The notes: a model not told the origin generated them from the letters alone. A stretch of DNA of 64,000 nucleotides from Eledone cirrhosa (GCA_964016885.1 OZ024741.1:236778001-236842000), one strand, 5' to 3'; shown: positions 44,810 through 60,189, counted from the stretch's first letter. A program made the numbers and translations.

Positions 44810-47800
44810 AGTATGTCGGTTAACACACACACACACTTGATTCATTGCTATGTAGTCAATAGTATGATTGTTAACTCTACACACATGATTCACTGCTATG
44901 TAGTAAATAGTATGACTGTAACACACACGCACTTGATTCACTGCTATGTAGTCAGTAGTATGAATGTTAACTCTAGACACTTGATTCACTGCTATGTAGT
45001 CAATAGTATGACTGTTAACACACACAGACTTGATTCACTGCTATGCATTCAATAGAATGACTGTTAACTCTACACACTTGATTCACTGCTATGTAGTCAA
45101 TAGTATGACTGTTAACACACACACACTTGATTCACTGCTATGTAGTCAATAGTATGACTGTTAACTCTAGAGAATCTATTCATTGCTATGTAGTAAATAG
45201 TATGACTGTTAACTCTACACACTTGATTCACTAATATATAGTCAATAGTATAACTGTTAACGCTACACTCTTGATTCACTGCTATGTAGTCAATAGTATG
45301 ACTGTTAACTCACACACACTTGATTCACTGCTATGTAGTCAATAGTATGACTGTTAACACACACAAACTTGATTCACTTCTATGTAGTAAATAGTATGAC
45401 TATTAACTCTACACACTTGATTCACTGCTCTCTAGTCAATAGTATGACTGTTAACACACACACAGTTGATTCACTGCTATGTAGTCAATAGTATTACTGT
45501 TAACACACACTTGATTCACTGCTATGCAGTCAATAGTATGACTGTAAACTCTACACACTGCTACGCAGTCAATAGTACGACTATAAACTCTACACACTTG
45601 ATTCACTGCTATGTAGTCAATAGTATGACTGTTTACACACACACATTTGATTAACTGTTGTATAGTTAATAGTATGACTGTTAACACAAACACACACTTG
45701 ATTCACTTCTATGTAGTCAATAATATGACTGTTAACACACACACACTTGATTCACTGCTATGTATTCAAGTGTATGACTGTTAACTCCACACACTTGATT
45801 CACTACTATGTAGTCAATAGTATGACTGTTAACTCTACACACTTGATTCACTGCTATGTAGTCAATAGTATGACTGTTAACACACAGACTTGATTCACTG
45901 CTATGTAGTCAATAGTATGACTGTTAACACACAGACTTGATTCACTGCTATGTAGTCAATAGTATGACTGTTAACACACACACACTTGATTCACTGCTAT
46001 GAAGTCAATAGTATGATTGTTAACACACACACACTAGATTCACTGCTATCAGGTCAATAGTATGATTGTTAACAGACACACACTTGATTCACTGCTATGC
46101 AGTCAATAGTATGACTGTTAACACTACACACTTGATTCACTGCTATGTAGTCAATAGTATGACTGTAAACACACACACACTTTATTCACTGCTATTTAGT
46201 CAATAGTATGACTGTTAACTCTACACACGTGATTCACTGCTATGTAGTCAATAGTATGACTGTTAACACTACACACTTGATTCACTGCTATGTAGTCAAT
46301 AGTATGACTGTAAACACACACACACTTTATTCACTGCTATGTAGTCAATAGTATGACTGCTAACTCTACACACTTGATTCACTGCGATATAGTCAATAGT
46401 ATGACTGTTAACACACACACTTGATTCACTGCTATGTAGTTAATAGTATGAGTGTTAACACACACACACTTGATTCACTGCTAGTAGTCAATAGTATGAC
46501 TGTTAACAAACACACACACTTGATTCACTGCTATGTAGTCAATAGTATGACTGTTAACACACACGCTCTTGATTAACTGCTATGTAGTCAATAGTATGAC
46601 TGTTAACTCTACACACGTGATTCACTGCTATGTAGTCAATAGTATGACTGTTAACTCTACACACGTGATTCACTGCTATGTAGTCAATAGTATGATTGTT
46701 AACACTCACACACACTTGATTCACTGATATGTAGAGAATAGTATGACTGTTAACACTCACACACACTTGATTCACTGCTATGTAGTCAATAGTATGACTG
46801 TTAACACACACACACTTGATTCACTGCTATGTATTCAATAGTATGACTGTTAACACTCACACACACTTGATTCACTGCTATGTAGTCAATAGTATGACTG
46901 TTAACACACACACACTTGATTCACTGTTATGCAGTCAATAGTATGACTGTTAACTCTACACACTTGATTCACTGCTATGTAGTCAATAGTATGACTGTTA
47001 ACACACACACACACTTGATTCACTGCTATGTATTCAATAGTATGACTGTTAACACTCACACACACTTGATTCACTGCTATGTAGTCAATAGTATGACTGT
47101 GAACACACACGCACTTGATTAAGTGCTATGTAGTCAATAGTATGACTGTTAACACACACACACATGATTCACTGCTATGTAGTCAATAGTATGACTGTTA
47201 ACACACACACACTTGATTCACTGCTATGAAGTCAATAGTATGAATGTTAACACACACACAATTGATTCACTGCTATGTAGTCAATAGTATCACTGTTAAT
47301 ACACACACACTTGATTCACTGCTGTGTAGTCAATAGTATGACTGTTAACGCTACACGGTTGATTCACTGCTATGTAGTCAATAGTATGACTGTTAACACA
47401 CACACTTGATTCACTGTTATGTAGTCAATAGTATGACGGTTAACACACACACACACTTGATTCATTGCTATGTAGTCAATAGTATGATTGTTAACTCTAC
47501 ACACATGATTCACTGCTATGTAGTCAAAAGTATGACTGTTAACACCCACACAGTTTATTCACAGCTATGTAGTAAATAGTATGACTGTAACACACACGCA
47601 CTTGACTCACTGCTATGTATTCAGTAGTATGAATGTTAACTCTACACACTTGATTCACTGCTAAGTAGTCAATAGTATGACTGTTAACACACACAGACTT
47701 GATTCACTGCTATGCATTCAATAGAATGACTGTTAACTCTACACACTTGATTCACTGCTATGTAGTCAATAGTATAACTGTTAACTCTATACACTTGATC

Positions 47801-50800
47801 CAGTGCTATGTAGTCAATAGTATGACTGTTGACACACACACACTAGATTCACTGCTATGTAGTCAATAGTATGACTGTTAACTCTACACAATCTATTCAT
47901 TGCTATGTAGTAAATAGTATGACTGTTAACTCTACACACTTGATTCACTGCTATATAGTCAATAGTATAACTGTTAACGCTACACTCTTGATTCACTGCT
48001 ATGTAGTCAATAGTATGACTGTTAACTCACACACACTTGATTCACTGCTATGTAGTCAATAGTATGACTGTTAACACACACACACTTGATTCACTGCTAT
48101 GTAGTAAATAGTATGACTATTAACTCTACACACTTGATTCACTGCTCTCTAGTCAATAGTATGACTGTTAACACACACACAGTTGATTCACTGCTATGTA
48201 GTCAATAGTATGACTGTAAACTCTACACACTGCTATGCAGTCAATAGTACGACTGTAAACTCTACACACTTGATTCACTGCTATGTAGTCAATAGTATGA
48301 CTGTTAACACACACACACTTGATTCACTGCTATGTCGTCAATAGTATGACTGTTTACACACACACATATATTAACTGTTATATAGTTAATAGTATGACTG
48401 TTAACACACACACACTTGATTCACTTCTATGTAGTCAATAATATGACTGTTAACACACACACACTTGATTCACTGCTATGTATTCAAGTGTATGACTGTT
48501 AACTCCACACACTTGATTCACTGCTGTGTAGTCAATAGTATGACTGTTAACACACACACACTTGATTCACTGCTATGTATTCAATAGTATGACTGTTAAC
48601 ACTCACACACACTTGATTCACTGCTATGTAGTCAATAGTATGACTGTTAACACACACACACTTGATTCACTGTTATGTAGTCAATAGTATGACTGTTAAC
48701 TCTACACACTTGATTCACTGCTATGTAGTCAATAGTATGACTGTTAACACACACACACTTGATTCACTGCTATGTATTCAATAGTATGACTGTTAACACT
48801 CACACACACTTGATTCACTGCTATGTAGTCAATAGTATGACTGTGAACACACACGCACTTGATTAAGTGCTATGTAGTCAATAGTATGACTGTTAACACA
48901 CACACACATGATTCACTGCTAGGTAGTCAATAGTATGACTGTTAACACACACACACTTGATTCACTGCATAAAGTCAATAGTATGAATGTTAACACACAC
49001 ACACTTGATTCACTGCTATGTATTCAATAGTATGACTGTTAACACTCACACACACTTGATTCACTGCTATGTAGTCAATAGTATGACTGTTAACACACAC
49101 ACACTTGATTCACTGTTATGTAGTCAATAGTATGACTGTTAACTCTACACACTTGATTCACTGCTATGTAGTCAATAGTATGACTGTTAACACACACACA
49201 CTTGATTCACTGCTATGTATTCAATAGTATGACTGTTAACACTCACACACACTTGATTCACTGCTATGTAGTCAATAGTATGACTGTGAACACACACGCA
49301 CTTGATTAAGTGCTATGTAGTCAATAGTATGACTGTTAACACACACACACATGATTCACTGCTAGGTAGTCAATAGTATGACGGTTAACACACACACACA
49401 CTTGATTCATTGCTATGTAGTCAATAGTATGATTGTTAACTCTACACACATGATTCACTGCTATGTAGTAAATAGTATGACTGTAACACACACGCACTTG
49501 ATTCACTGCTATGTAGTCAGTAGTATGAATGTTAACTCTAGACACTTGATTCACTGCTATGTAGTCAATAGTATGACAGTTAACACACACAGACTTGATT
49601 CACTGCTATGCATTCAATAGAATGACTGTTAACTCTACACACTTGATTCACTGCTATGTAGTCAATAGTATGACTGTTAACACACACACACTTGATTCAC
49701 TGCTATGTAGTCAATAGTATGACTGTTAAATCTACAGAATCTATTCATTGCTATGTAGTAAATAGTATGACTGTTAACTCTACACACTTGATTCACTAAT
49801 ATATAGTCAATAGTATAACTGTTAACGCTACACTCTTGATTCACTGCTATGTAGTCAATAGTATGACTGTTAACTCACACACACTTGATTCACTGCTATG
49901 TAGTCAATAGTATGACTGTTAACACACACAAACTTGATTCACTGCTATGTAGTAAATAGTATGACTATTAACTCTACACACTTGATTCACTGCTCTCTAG
50001 TCAATAGTATGACTGTTAACACACACACAGTTGATTCACTGCTATGTAGTCAATAGTATTACTGTTAACACACACTTGATTCACTGCTATGCAGTCAATA
50101 GTATGACTGTAAACTCTACACACTGCTACGCAGTCAATAGTACGACTATAAACTCTACACACTTGATTCACTGCTATGTAGTCAATAGTATGACTGTTTA
50201 CACACACACATTTGATTAACTGTTGTATAGTTAATAGTATGACTGTTAACACAAACACACACTTGATTCACTTCTATGTAGTCAATAATATGACTGTTAA
50301 CACACACACACTTGATTCACTGCTATGTATTCAAGTGTATGACTGTTAACTCCACACACTTGATTCACTACTATGTAGTCAATAGTATGACTGTTAACTC
50401 TACACACTTGATTCACTGCTATGTAGTCAATAGTATGACTGTTAACACACAGACTTGATTCACTGCTATGTAGTCAATAGTATGACTGTTAACACACAGA
50501 CTTGATTCACTGCTATGTAGTCAATAGTATGACTGTTAACACACACACACTTGATTCACTGCTATGAAGTCAATAGTATGATTGTTAACACACACACACT
50601 AGATTCACTGCTATCAGGTCAATAGTATGATTGTTAACAGACACACACTTGATTCACTGCTATGCAGTCAATAGTATGACTGTTAACACTACACACTTGA
50701 TTCACTGCTATGTAGTCAATAGTATGACTGTAAACACACACACACTTTATTCACTGCTATGTAGTCAATAGTATGACTGTTAACTCTACACACGTGATTC

Positions 50801-51270
50801 ACTGCTATGTAGTCAATAGTATGACTGTTAACACTACACACTTGATTCACTGCTATGTAGTCAATAGTATGACTGTAAACACACACACACTTTATTCACT
50901 GCTATGTAGTCAATAGTATGACTGCTAACTCTACACACTTGATTCACTGCGATATAGTCAATAGTATGACTGTTAACACACACACTTTATTCACTGCTAT
51001 GTAGTTAATAGTATGAGTGTTAACACACACACACTTGATTCACTGCTAGTAGTCAATAGTATGACTGTTAACAAACACACACACTTGATTCACTGCTATG
51101 TAGTCAATAGTATGACTGTTAACACACACGCTCTTGATTAACTGCTATGTAGTCAATAGTATGACTGTTAACTCTACACACGTGATTCACTGCTATGTAG
51201 TCAATAGTATGACTGTTAACTCTACACACTTGATTCACTGCTATGTAGTCAATAGTATGCTTGTTAACAC
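44810..51270 (+). repeat. Duplicated block of about 1.9 kb at offset 4565 (about 44810-46700 and 49375-51270)
   Basis: Identical ORFs 45451/50016 and 45466/50031; shared variants AGAATCTATTCATTG and CTAGATTCACTGCTATCAGG. Confidence 0.85.
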
Positions 51271-54200
51271 TCACACACACTTGATTCACTGATATGTAGT
51301 CAATAGTATGACTGTTAACACACACACACTTGATTCACTGCTGTGTAGTCAATAGTATGACTGTTAACACACAAACACTTGATTCACTGCTATGAAGTCA
51401 ATAGTATGATTGTTAACAGACACACACTTGATTTACTGCTATGCAGTCAATAGTATGACTGTTAACTCTACACACTTGATTCACTTCTATGTAGTAAATA
51501 GTACGACTGTAAACACACACACACTTGATTCACTGCTATGTAGTCAATAGTATGACTGTTAACTCTACACACGTGATTCACTGCTATGTAGTCAATAGTA
51601 TGACTGTTAACTCTACACACTTTATTCACTGCTATGTAGTCAATAGTATGACTGTTAACACACACACACACTTGATTCACTGCTATGTAATTAATAGTAT
51701 GACTGTTAACACACACGCACTTGATTAACTGCTCTGTAGTCAATAGTATGACTGTTAACTCTACACACGTGATTCACTGCTATGTAGTCAATAGTATGAC
51801 TGTTAACTCTACACACTTGATCCACTGCTATGTAGTCAATAGTATGACTGTTAACTCTACACACTTGATTCACTGCAATATAGTCAATAGTATGACTGTT
51901 AACTCTAAACACTTGATTCACTGCTATGTAGTCAATAGTATGACTGTTAACACGCACACACACTTGATTCACTGCTATGTAGTCAATAGTATGATTGTTA
52001 ACACACACACACTTGATTCACTGCTATGCAGTCAATAGTATAACTGTGAACTCCACACACTTGATTCACTGCTATGTAGTCAATAGTATGACTGTTAACA
52101 CACACACACTTGATTCAGTGCTATGTAGTCAATAGTATGACTATTAACACACACACATTTGATTCACTGCTAGTAGTCAATAGTATGACTGTTAACTCTA
52201 CACACTTGATTCACTGCTATGTAGTCAATATTATGATTGTTAACTCTACACACGTGATTCACTGCTATGCAGTTAATAGTATGACTGATAACTCTACACA
52301 CTTGATTTACAAATATGTGGTCAATAGTATGACTGTTAAAACACACACACTTGATTCACTGCTATGTATTCAATAGTATGACTGTTAACACTCACACACA
52401 CTTGATTCACTGTTATGTAGTCAATAGTATGACTGTTAACACACACACACTTGATTCACTGTTATGTAGTCAATAGTATGACTGTTAACTCTACACACTT
52501 GATTCACTGCTATGTAGTCAATAGTATGACTGTTAACACACACACACTTGATTCACTGCTATGAAGTCAATAGTATGATTGTTAACACACACACACTAGA
52601 TTCACTGCTATCAAGTCAATAGTATGATTGTTAACAGACACACACTTGATTCACTGCTATGCAGTCAATAGTATGACTGTTAACACTACACACTTGATTC
52701 ACTGCTATGTAGTCAATAGTATGACTGTAAACACACACACACTTTATTCACTGCTATGTAGTCAATAGTATGACTGCTAACTCTACACACTTGATTCACT
52801 GCGATATAGTCAATAGTATGACTGTTAAAACACACACTCGATTCACTGCTATGTAGTCAATAGTATGAGTGTTAACACACACACACTTGATTCACTGCTA
52901 GTAGTCAATAGTGTGACTGTTAACAAACACACACACTTGATTCACTGCTATGTAGTCAATAGTATGACTGTTAACTCTACACACTTTATTCACTGCTATG
53001 TAGTCAATAGTATGACTGTTAACACACACACACACTTGATTCACTGCTATGTAATTAATAGTATGACTGTTAACACACACGCACTTGATTAACTGCTCTG
53101 TAGTCAATAGTATGACTGTTAACACACACACACTTGATTCACTGCTATGTAGTCAATAATATGACTGTTAACTCTACACACTTGATCCACTGCTATGTAG
53201 TCAATAGTATGACTGTTAACTCTACACACTTGATTCACTGCAATATAGTCAATAGTATGACTGTTAACTCTAAACACTTGATTCACTGCTATGTAGTCAA
53301 TAGTATGACTGTTAACACGCACACACACTTGATTCACTGCTATGTAGTCAATAGTATGACTGTTAACACACACACACTTGATTCACTGCTATGTAGTCAA
53401 TAGTATGACTGTTAACTCCACACACTTGATTCACTGCTATGTAGTCAATAGTATGACTGTTAACACACACACACTTGATTCAGTGCTATGTAGTCAATAG
53501 TATGACTATTAACACACACATATTGATTCACTGCTAGTAGTCAATAGTATGACTGTTAACACACACACACTTGATTCACTGTTATGCAGTCAATAGTATG
53601 ACTGTTAACTCTACACACTTGATTCACTGCTATGTAGTCAATAGTATGACTGTTAACACACACACACACTTGATTCACTGCTATGTATTCAATAGTATGA
53701 CTGTTAACACTCACACACACTTGATTCACTGCTATGTAGTCAATAGTATGACTGTGAACACACACGCACTTGATTAAGTGCTATGTAGTCAATAGTATGA
53801 CTGTTAACACACACACACAGGATTCACTGCTATGTAGTCAATAGTATGACTGTTAACACACACACACTTAATTCACTGCTATGAAGTCAATAGTATGAAT
53901 GTTAACACACACACAATTGATTCACTGCTATGTAGTCAATAGTATCACTGTTAATACACACACACTTGATTCACTGCTGTGTAGTCAATAGTATGACTGT
54001 TAACGCTACACGGTTGATTCACTGCTATGTAGTCAATAGTATGACTGTTAACACACACACACTTGATTAACTGTTATGTAGTCAATAGTATGACGGTTAA
54101 CACACACACACACTTGATTCATTGCTATGTAGTCAAAAGTATGATTGTTAACACCCACACAGTTTATTCACAGCTATGTAGTAAATAGTATGACTGTAAC

Positions 54201-55120
54201 ACACACGCACTTGATTCACTGCTATGTATTCAGTAGTATGAATGTTAACTCTACACACTTGATTCACTGCTAAGTAGTCAATAGTATGACTGTTAACACA
54301 CACAGACTTGATTCACTGCTATGCATTCAATAGAATGACTGTTAACTCTACACACTTGATTCACTGCTATGTAGTCAATAGTATGACTGTTGACACACAC
54401 ACACTAGATTCACTGCTATGTAGTCAATAGTATGACTGTTAACTCTACACAATCTATTCATTGCTATGTAGTAAATAGTATGACTGTTACCTCTACACAC
54501 TTGATTCACTGCTATATAGTCAATAGTATAACTGTTAACGCTACACTCTTAATTCACTGCTATGTAGTCAATAGTATGACTGTTAACTCACACACACTTG
54601 ATTCACTGCTATGTAGTCAATAGTATGACTGTTAACACACACACACTTGATTCACTGCTATGTAGTAAATAGTATAACTATTAACTCTACACACTTGATT
54701 CACTGCTCTCTAGTCAATAGTATGACTGTTAACACACACACAGTTGATTCACTGCTATGTAGTCAATAGTATTACTGTTAACACACACTTGATTCACTGC
54801 TATGCAGTCAATAGTATGACTGTAAACTCTACACACTGCTATGCAGTCAATAGTACGACTGTAAACTCTACACACTTGATTCACTGCTATGTAGTCAATA
54901 GTATGACTGTTAACACACACACACTTGATTCACTGCTATGTCGTCAATAGTATGACTGTTTACACACACACATATATTAACTGTTATATAGTTAATAGTA
55001 TGACTGTTAACACACACACACTTGATTCACTTCTATGTAGTCAATAATATGACTGTTAACACACACACACTTGATTCACTGCTATGTATTCAAGTGTATG
55101 ACTGTTAACTCCACACACTT
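46900..55120 (+). repeat. Duplicated block of about 1.6 kb (about 46900-48520 and 53555-55120)
   Basis: Identical ORFs 46901/53556 (offset 6655); shared variants AACACCCACACAGTTTATTCACAG and CACATATATTAAC, with monomer-sized indels. Confidence 0.8.
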
Positions 55121-58100
55121 GATTCACTACTATGTAGTCAATAGTATGACTGTTAACTCTACACACTTGATTCACTCCTATGTAGTCAATGGTATGACTG
55201 TTAACACACAGACTTGATCACTGCTATGTAGTCAATAGTATGACTGTTAACACACAGAGTTGATTCACTGCTATGTAGTCAATAGTATGACTGTTAACAC
55301 ACACACACACCTGATTCACTGCTATAAAGTCAATAGTTTGATTGTTAACACACATACACTAGATTCACTGCTATCAAGTCAATAGTATGATTGTTAACAG
55401 ACACACACTTGATTCACTGCTATGCAGTCAATAGTATGACTGTTAACACTACACACTTGATTCACTGCTATGTAGTCAATAGTATGACTGTAAACACACA
55501 CACACTTTATTCACTGCTATGTAGTCAATAGTATGAGTGTTAACACACACACACTTGATTCACTGCTAGTAGTCAATAGTATGACTGTTAACAAACACAC
55601 ACACTTGATTCACTGCTATGTAGTCAATAGTATGACTGTTAACACACACGCTCTTGATTAACTGCTATGTAGTCAATAGTATGACTGTTAACTCTACACA
55701 CGTGATCCACTGCTATGTAGTCAATAGTATGACTGTTAACTCTACACACTTGATTCACTGCTATGAAGTCAATAGTATGATTGTTAACACTCACACACAC
55801 TTGATTCACTGATATGTAGTCAATAGTATGACTGTTACCACACACACACTTGATTCACTGCTGTGTAGTCAATAGTATGACTGTTAACACACACACACTT
55901 GATTCACTGCTATGAAGTCAATAGTATGATTGTTAACAGACACACACTTGATTTACTGCTATGCAGTCAATAGTATGACTGTTAACTCTACACACTTGAT
56001 TCACTTCTATGTAGTAAATAGTACGACTGTAAACACACACACACTTGATTCACTGCTATGTAGTCAATAGTTTGACTGTTAATTCTGCACACTTGATTCA
56101 CTGCTATGTAGTAAATAGTATGACTGTGAACACACACACACTTGATTCACTGCTATGTAGTCAATTGTATAACTGTTAACTCTACACACTTGATTCACTG
56201 CTATGTAGCCAATAGTATGACTGTTAAAACACACACACTTGTTTCACTGCTATGTATTCAATAGTATGACTGTTAACACTACATACTTGATTCACTACGT
56301 TGTAGTCAATAGTATGACTGGTGCCACACACACACACTTGATTCGCTGCTATGTAGTCAATAGTATGACTGTTAACACACACACACTTGATTCACTGTTA
56401 TGCAGTCAATAGTATGAATGTTAACTCTACGAAGTTGATTCACTGCTATTTAGTCAATAGTATGACTGTTAACACACACACACTTGATTCACTGCTTACG
56501 TAGTCAATAGTATGACTGTTAACAGACACACACTTTATTCACTGCTATGTAGTCAATAGTATGACTGTTAACTCTACACACTTGATTCACCGCTTTGTAG
56601 TCAATAGTATGATTGTTAACACTCACATACACTTGATTCACTGATATGTAGTCAATAGTATGACTGTTAACACACACACACTTGATTCACTGCTATGAAG
56701 TCAATAGTATGTTTGTTAACAGACACACACTTGATTTACTGCTATGCAGTCAATAGTATGACTGTTAACTCTACACACTTGATTCACTACTATGTAGTAA
56801 ATAGTACGACTGTAAACACACACACACTTGATTCACTGCTATGTAGTCAATAGTTTGACTGTTAATTCTACACACTTGATTCACTGCCATGTAGTAAATA
56901 GTATGACTGTAAACACACACACACTTGATTCACTGCTATGTAGTCAATTGTATAACTGTTAACTCTACACACGTGATTCACTGCTATGTAGTCAATAGTA
57001 TGACTGTTAAAACACACATACTTGATTCACTGCTATGTATTCAATAGTATGACTGTTAACTCTACACACTTGATTCACTACGTTGTAGTCAATAGTATGA
57101 TTGTTAACACACAGACTTGATTCACTGCTATGTAGTCAATAGTATGACTGTTAACACACAGACTAGATTCACTGCTATGTAGTCAATAGTATGACTGTTA
57201 ACACACACACTTGATTCACTGCTATGTAGTCAATAGTATAACTGTTAACTCTACACACTTGATTCACTGCTATATAATCAATAGTATGACTGTTAACTCT
57301 ACACTCTTGATTCACTGCTATGTAGTCAATAGTATGACTGTTAACTCTACACACTTGATTCACTGATATATAGTCAATAGTATGACTGTTAACACACACA
57401 CACACTTGATTCACTGCGATGTAGTCAATAGTATGATTGTTAACAGACACACACTTGATTCACTGCTATACAGTCAATAGTATGACTGTTAACACTACAC
57501 ACTTGATTCACTGCTATGTAGTCAATAGTATGACTGTAAACGCATACACACTTTATTCACTGCTATGTAGTCAATAGTATGACTGTTAACTCTACACACT
57601 TGATACACTGCTATATAGTCAATAGTATAACTTTTAAGTCTACACACTTGATTCACTGCTATGAAGTCGATAGTATGATTGTTAACAGACACACACTTGA
57701 TTCACTGCTATGCAGTCAATAGTATGACTGTTAACTCTACACACTTGATTCACCTCTATGTAGTAAATAGTATGACTGTAAACACACACACACACGTGAT
57801 TCACTGCTATGTAGTCAATAGTTTGACTGTTAACTCTACACACTTGATTCACTGCTATGTAGTAAATAGTATGACTGTAAACACACACACAGTTGATTCA
57901 CTGCTATGTAGTCAATAGTATAACTGTTAACTCTACACACTTGATTAACTGATATGTAGTCAATAGTATGACTGTTAACACACACACACACTTGATTCAT
58001 TGCTATGTAGTCAATAGTATGACTGTTAACACACACTTGATTCACTGCTAGTAGTCAATAGTATGACTGTTAACACACACACACTTGATTCACTGCGATG

Positions 58101-59379
58101 TTGTCAATAGTATGACTATTAACTCTACACACTTGATTCACTGCGATGTAGTCAATAGTATGACTGTTAACACACACACACACTTGATTCACTGCTAGTA
58201 GTCAATAGTATGACTGTTAACACACACAAACTTGATTCACTGCTATGTAGTCAATAGTATGACTGTTAACACACACGCTCTTGATTAACTGCTATGTAGT
58301 CAATAGCATGACTGTTAACATACACACACTTGATTCACTGCTATGTAGTCAATAGTATGACTGTTAAAACTACACACTTGATTCACTGCTATGTAGTAAA
58401 TAGAATGACTGTTAACACACACACTCTTGATTCACTGCTATGTAGTCAATAGTATGACTGTTAACTCTACACACGTGATTCACTGCTATGTAGTCAATAG
58501 TATGACTGTTAACTCTACACACTTGATTCACTTCTATATAGTCAATAGTATAACTGTTAACTCTATACACTTGATTCACTGCTATGTAGTCAATCGTATG
58601 ACTGTTAACTCCACACAATTGATTTACTGCTATGTAGTCAACAGTATGACTGGTAACACACACTCACTTGATTCACTGCTATGTAGTCAACAGTATGACT
58701 GTTAACACACACACACTTGATTCACTGCTATGTAGTCAATAGTATAACTGTTAACACACACTTGATTTACTGCTATGCAGTCAATAGTATGACTGTTAAC
58801 TCTACACACTTGATTCACTACTATGTAGTAAATAGTATGACTGTAAACACACACACACTTGATTCACTGCTATGTTGTCAATTGTATGACTGTTAACTCT
58901 ACACACTTGATTCACTGCTATGTCGTCAATAGTATGACTGTTAAAACACACACACTTGATTCACTGCTATGTAGTCAATAGTATGACTGTTAACTCTACA
59001 CACTTGATTCACTACGTTGTAGTCAATAGTATGACTGTTAACACACACACACACTTGATTCACTGTTATGTAGTCAATAGTATGACTGTTAACACACACA
59101 TACACTTGATTCACTGCTATGTAGTCAATAGTATGTCTGTTAACACACACACTTGATTCACTGATTATGTAGTCAATAGTATGACTGTTAACAGACACAC
59201 ACTTGATTCACTGCTATGTAGTCAATAGTATGACTGTTAACTCTACACACTTGATTCACCGCTATGTAGTCAATAGTATGACTGTTAACACACACGCACT
59301 TGATTCACTGCGATGTAGTCAATAGTATGACTATTAACACACACACACACACTTGATTCACTGCTATGAAGTCAATAGT

Positions 59380-59393
59380 ATTATTGTTAACAG
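59380..59393 (+). repeat. Left target-site duplication of SINE copy 3 (ATTATTGTTAACAG; the last G may be the first SINE base)
   Basis: Perfect 14-bp direct repeat with 59577-59590. Confidence 0.9.
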
Positions 59394-59576
59394 GCGGTGG
59401 ATTGGCAGTATCGGTAGAGGGTCGGACGCCATGCTTTCCAGCATGGTTACGTCCCTTTACGATCTGAGTTCAAATCCCGCCGAGGTTGACTTTGCCTTTC
59501 ATCCTTACGGGGTCGATAAAATAAAGTACCAGTAATGCACTGGGTAATTGCTGGCCTTGTGCCTAAAGTAGAAACA
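59393..59576 (+). mobile_element. Apparently 5'-complete tRNA-derived SINE (184 bp) with target-site duplication
   Basis: Non-satellite sequence starting GGCGG, complementary to CCGCC at 59477-59481 (acceptor-stem-like). It has a Pol III A box (59403-59414), a B box (59466-59478), a central GCCTTTCATCCTTACGGGGTCGATAAAATAAAGTACCAG block, and ends ...CCTAAAGTAGAAACA before ATT. It is flanked by the direct repeat ATTATTGTTAACAG. Confidence 0.93.
59403..59478 (+). promoter_or_regulatory. Internal RNA polymerase III type-2 promoter (A and B boxes) of SINE copy 3
   Basis: A-box-like TGGCAGTATCGG about 10 nt from the 5' end; B-box-like GAGTTCAAATCCC matching GTTCRANNC. Confidence 0.75.
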
Positions 59577-59590
59577 ATTATTGTTAACAG
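59577..59590 (+). repeat. Right target-site duplication of SINE copy 3
   Basis: ATTATTGTTAACAG, identical to 59380-59393; the interrupted monomer resumes with ACACACAC. Confidence 0.9.
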
Positions 59591-60189
59591 ACACACACTT
59601 GATTCACTGCTATGCAGTCAACAGTATGACTGTTAACTCTACACACTTGATTCACTGCTATGTAGTAAATAGTATGACTGTAAACACACACCCACGTGAT
59701 TCACTGCTATGTAGTCAATAGTTTGACTGTTTACTCGACACACTTGATTCACTGCTATGTAGTAAATAGTATGACTGTAAACACACACACACAGTTGATT
59801 CACTGCTATGTAGTCAATAGTATGACTGTTAACTCTACACACTTGATTCACTTCTATATAGTCAATAGTATAACTGTTAACTCTACACACTTGATTCACT
59901 GCTATGTAGTCAATAGTATGACTGTTAACACACACACACTTGATTCACTGCTAGTAGTCAATAGTATGACTGTTAACACACACACACTTGATTCACTGCG
60001 ATGTTGTCAATAGTATGACTATTAACTCTACACACTTGATTCACTGCGATGTAGTCAATAGTATGACTGTTAACACACACACACACTTGATTCACTGCTA
60101 TGTAATCAATAGTATGACTGTTAACACACACACACTTGATTCACTGCTAGTAGTCAATAGTATGAATGTTAACACACACTCACTTGATT

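Noticed and set aside
59393-59482. Possible functional tRNA gene
   Set aside because: It has A/B boxes and an acceptor-like stem, but no canonical anticodon arm that I can fold, no oligo-T terminator after it, about 95 nt of extra body and a target-site duplication. It is a SINE head.
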